From the human T2T-CHM13v2.0 reference genome, Homo sapiens, in the NCBI RefSeq assembly GCF_009914755.1, contig NC_060928.1: a DNA stretch of 64,000 nucleotides; one strand, 5' to 3'. Both the position numbers and the translations under genes were made by a program. Of the stretch, positions 61,986 to 64,000 are shown piece after piece. The number at the start of each line of letters is the position of its first letter. Positions within the stretch are counted from its first letter, which is position 1. The notes below the pieces were generated by a model. It was not told where the DNA came from, did not search any database, and saw only the letters and a program-made list of their open reading frames with translations.

Positions 61986-62959
61986 AGAAAGTAAAATATA
62001 CACATTTAAAATTACTTACTTTGTATTGTTTAATCATACCAAATAAAGGCATTTTTTAAATGAATGCTAAATATAGCACTGTTGTTTCCCCATTTCATTG
62101 AGTAGCATATAAATTTAGCACTAATACACATTTTTAATCTTAATGTTAGCATTATAGCTTTGCTATATTAAACCAATGATACATTTCTTTTTAATGTGTA
62201 AGTTATTGTACTAAAGAGTGTAGAAAGGTGACTTTCAATGAAAAAATATAGGCATATATAATCAAGACAAATTTGATTGGAAAAATAATACAATTTTAAT
62301 GAAGAAGTAAAATTACAAATTAATTTCAGAAGCATGAGTAGGACAGCATGCTTATCATTTACAGCTATTTGATGAAACTAATTTTTATACAATTTTATGT
62401 ATCACATTTTTAAATGCGCTTAAGTCACCAACTATCTTAATTATTTGATAAACAGGAAGAAATGTCTATGCTAAATAGCTTTTGGCGGTTTATCATAACT
62501 ATATTTGGAAGCAATATAATATGCTAGGAGTTTTGATAAGTTGTCATAGAAAATTTTTGTCAGTAATAGACTAGTAAAATAAAATGCTGTTATGACCTTT
62601 GTTTGCAAACCTACCTCTTATCTACTTTTATTGAATTTGCCAGAAATATAAGCATTTGTAATTACATAAAACACCCTACTGAAATGCAATTTTATGATCA
62701 GAAAATATAGACTTGCAGAATAGTTTGGCATTAGAATTAGCCTAGGGGTAAGGAGAGCTGATTTATAATTATGGACTATTCTCTGAGTCATGGTTTGAAA
62801 ACAATATTTTTTTCTCAGTTCTTCCTTCTGGGATTGTTAATATAAAAAATATTTGTTGTCTGTCTACCTCTGAAGTAGATACAAGAATGAGTTTCTATAT
62901 ATTTCTCACTTTCATTTACACAGTGAAGAAAATACTTTGAAATTTTTAAAATTATTTTA

Positions 62960-64000
62960 ACCACCAATTTATTCAACCATTACTTACTTATTATTACAAT
63001 TACTTACTTATAAATAAGATACCAGGTTCTGGGTTATTGTTGGGTAGGCATGAAGAAGGTCACATGTTCTATGGAGCTGACATATTTAGAAAGCCAAATA
63101 ATAAAAAGATATTTAAATAATAAAATATCAAATAGGAACAATTACCTAAATAGAATAAAGCAGGATAAAGGGAGAATGATTAAAAATGAAAGGTATTTTA
63201 TACAGGGGAGACTTTTCTGTCTCCATGGCATTTTAACAGAGACCAGTGAAATGAGAGAGTAAACTATGAGCTGATTTGGGGGAAAGTCACTTAAGGCAGA
63301 TGAAGGAACAAGCACAAGGCCAGGAAAAGGGAAATATCTCTGGTTCCCAGAAAAATAAGGAGGCCAGTGTCCTAAAGCAGACCGAACACTGGAAGAATGA
63401 TGGGAGATGTGATAGGGTCATATTAAAGCTTGCAGGTTCAAAAAGAACTGGGATTTTATCAGAATGTGAAGGAAAACCTTTAGTAGTTGTTCTCATCTTG
63501 GAGTGATTTTGCCCCCAGGGGACATTTAGCAATGTCTAGGGAAATTATGGTTGTCACAAGTTGGAACTTGTCACTGGCATCTAGTGGGTAGAGGCCAGGG
63601 ATGCCACCAAATATACTACAATGTGGGCACAGCCTCCACCTCCAACAAAGGACTGTCCAGTCTAGAATGTCAACAGTGCTGAAGTAGAGAAACCCTGAGG
63701 AGCAAAGCATCTCTTGGACTTCTCTGTGGAAGGCAGAGGCAGAGGTGGATATACAGGAGGCTGATTAGGAGGTTACTGCAGAAAAGTGGCTTGGACTATA
63801 GGCACTAAGAGTGGATGTGGTGAAAAGATATCTGATTTGAGATGTATGTTAGAGTTCATGTCTGTGGGCTTTGCAAATCAATTATATGTAAGCAAGAGAA
63901 GAAGAGAAGAATCAGGGTTGATTCTTGGGTCTTCCCACTGTGCAGCTGTGAGTTGGATGGTACCATTTGCTGACATGAGGAAGAAAGACTGAGAGAGAAG
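62960..64000 (-). mobile_element. L2 split by MER20
   Basis: 'catggagctgacat'-like segment, 'aaggaggccagtgt', 'ggatggtaccatttgctgacatg'. Confidence 0.75.
63484..63697 (+). mobile_element. MER20 hAT-Charlie MITE
   Basis: 'gattttgcccccaggggacattt...ggcatctagtgggtagaggccagggatg...agaaaccctg'. Confidence 0.9.

Overview
AT-rich primate (very likely human or great-ape) genomic DNA, intronic or intergenic in character and dominated by interspersed repeats. It holds about 15 Alus, one full-length but inactivated L1PA5/6-type LINE-1 (~21.9-28.0 kb), a twin-primed inverted L1PA insertion (39.0-40.4 kb), many old L1M/L2/MIR remnants, ERVL/MaLR solo LTRs (MSTD-, THE1B-, MLT1- and LTR18-like) and MITE-type DNA transposons (MER3, MER33, MER20, MER44, MER46). 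No intact protein-coding gene is evident; nearly all ORFs in the track are repeat-derived or chance. Four non-repeat signals stand out. (1) A set of short + strand exon-like blocks (14834-14928, 18151-18171, 55250-55327, 55540-55651, 60380-60460) has compatible splice phases and joins into one reading frame broken only by two TGA codons, a candidate unitary pseudogene I cannot name. (2) A complex L1 5' junction carries a 250-bp templated duplication and a fold-back copy of the target site (6.2-7.5 kb). (3) A near-perfect 79-nt hairpin of pri-miRNA dimensions lies at 42812-42890. (4) The full-length L1 keeps an open ORF0 with both splice donors. Repeat subfamily calls are from memory of consensus sequences, and boundaries of old elements are approximate.
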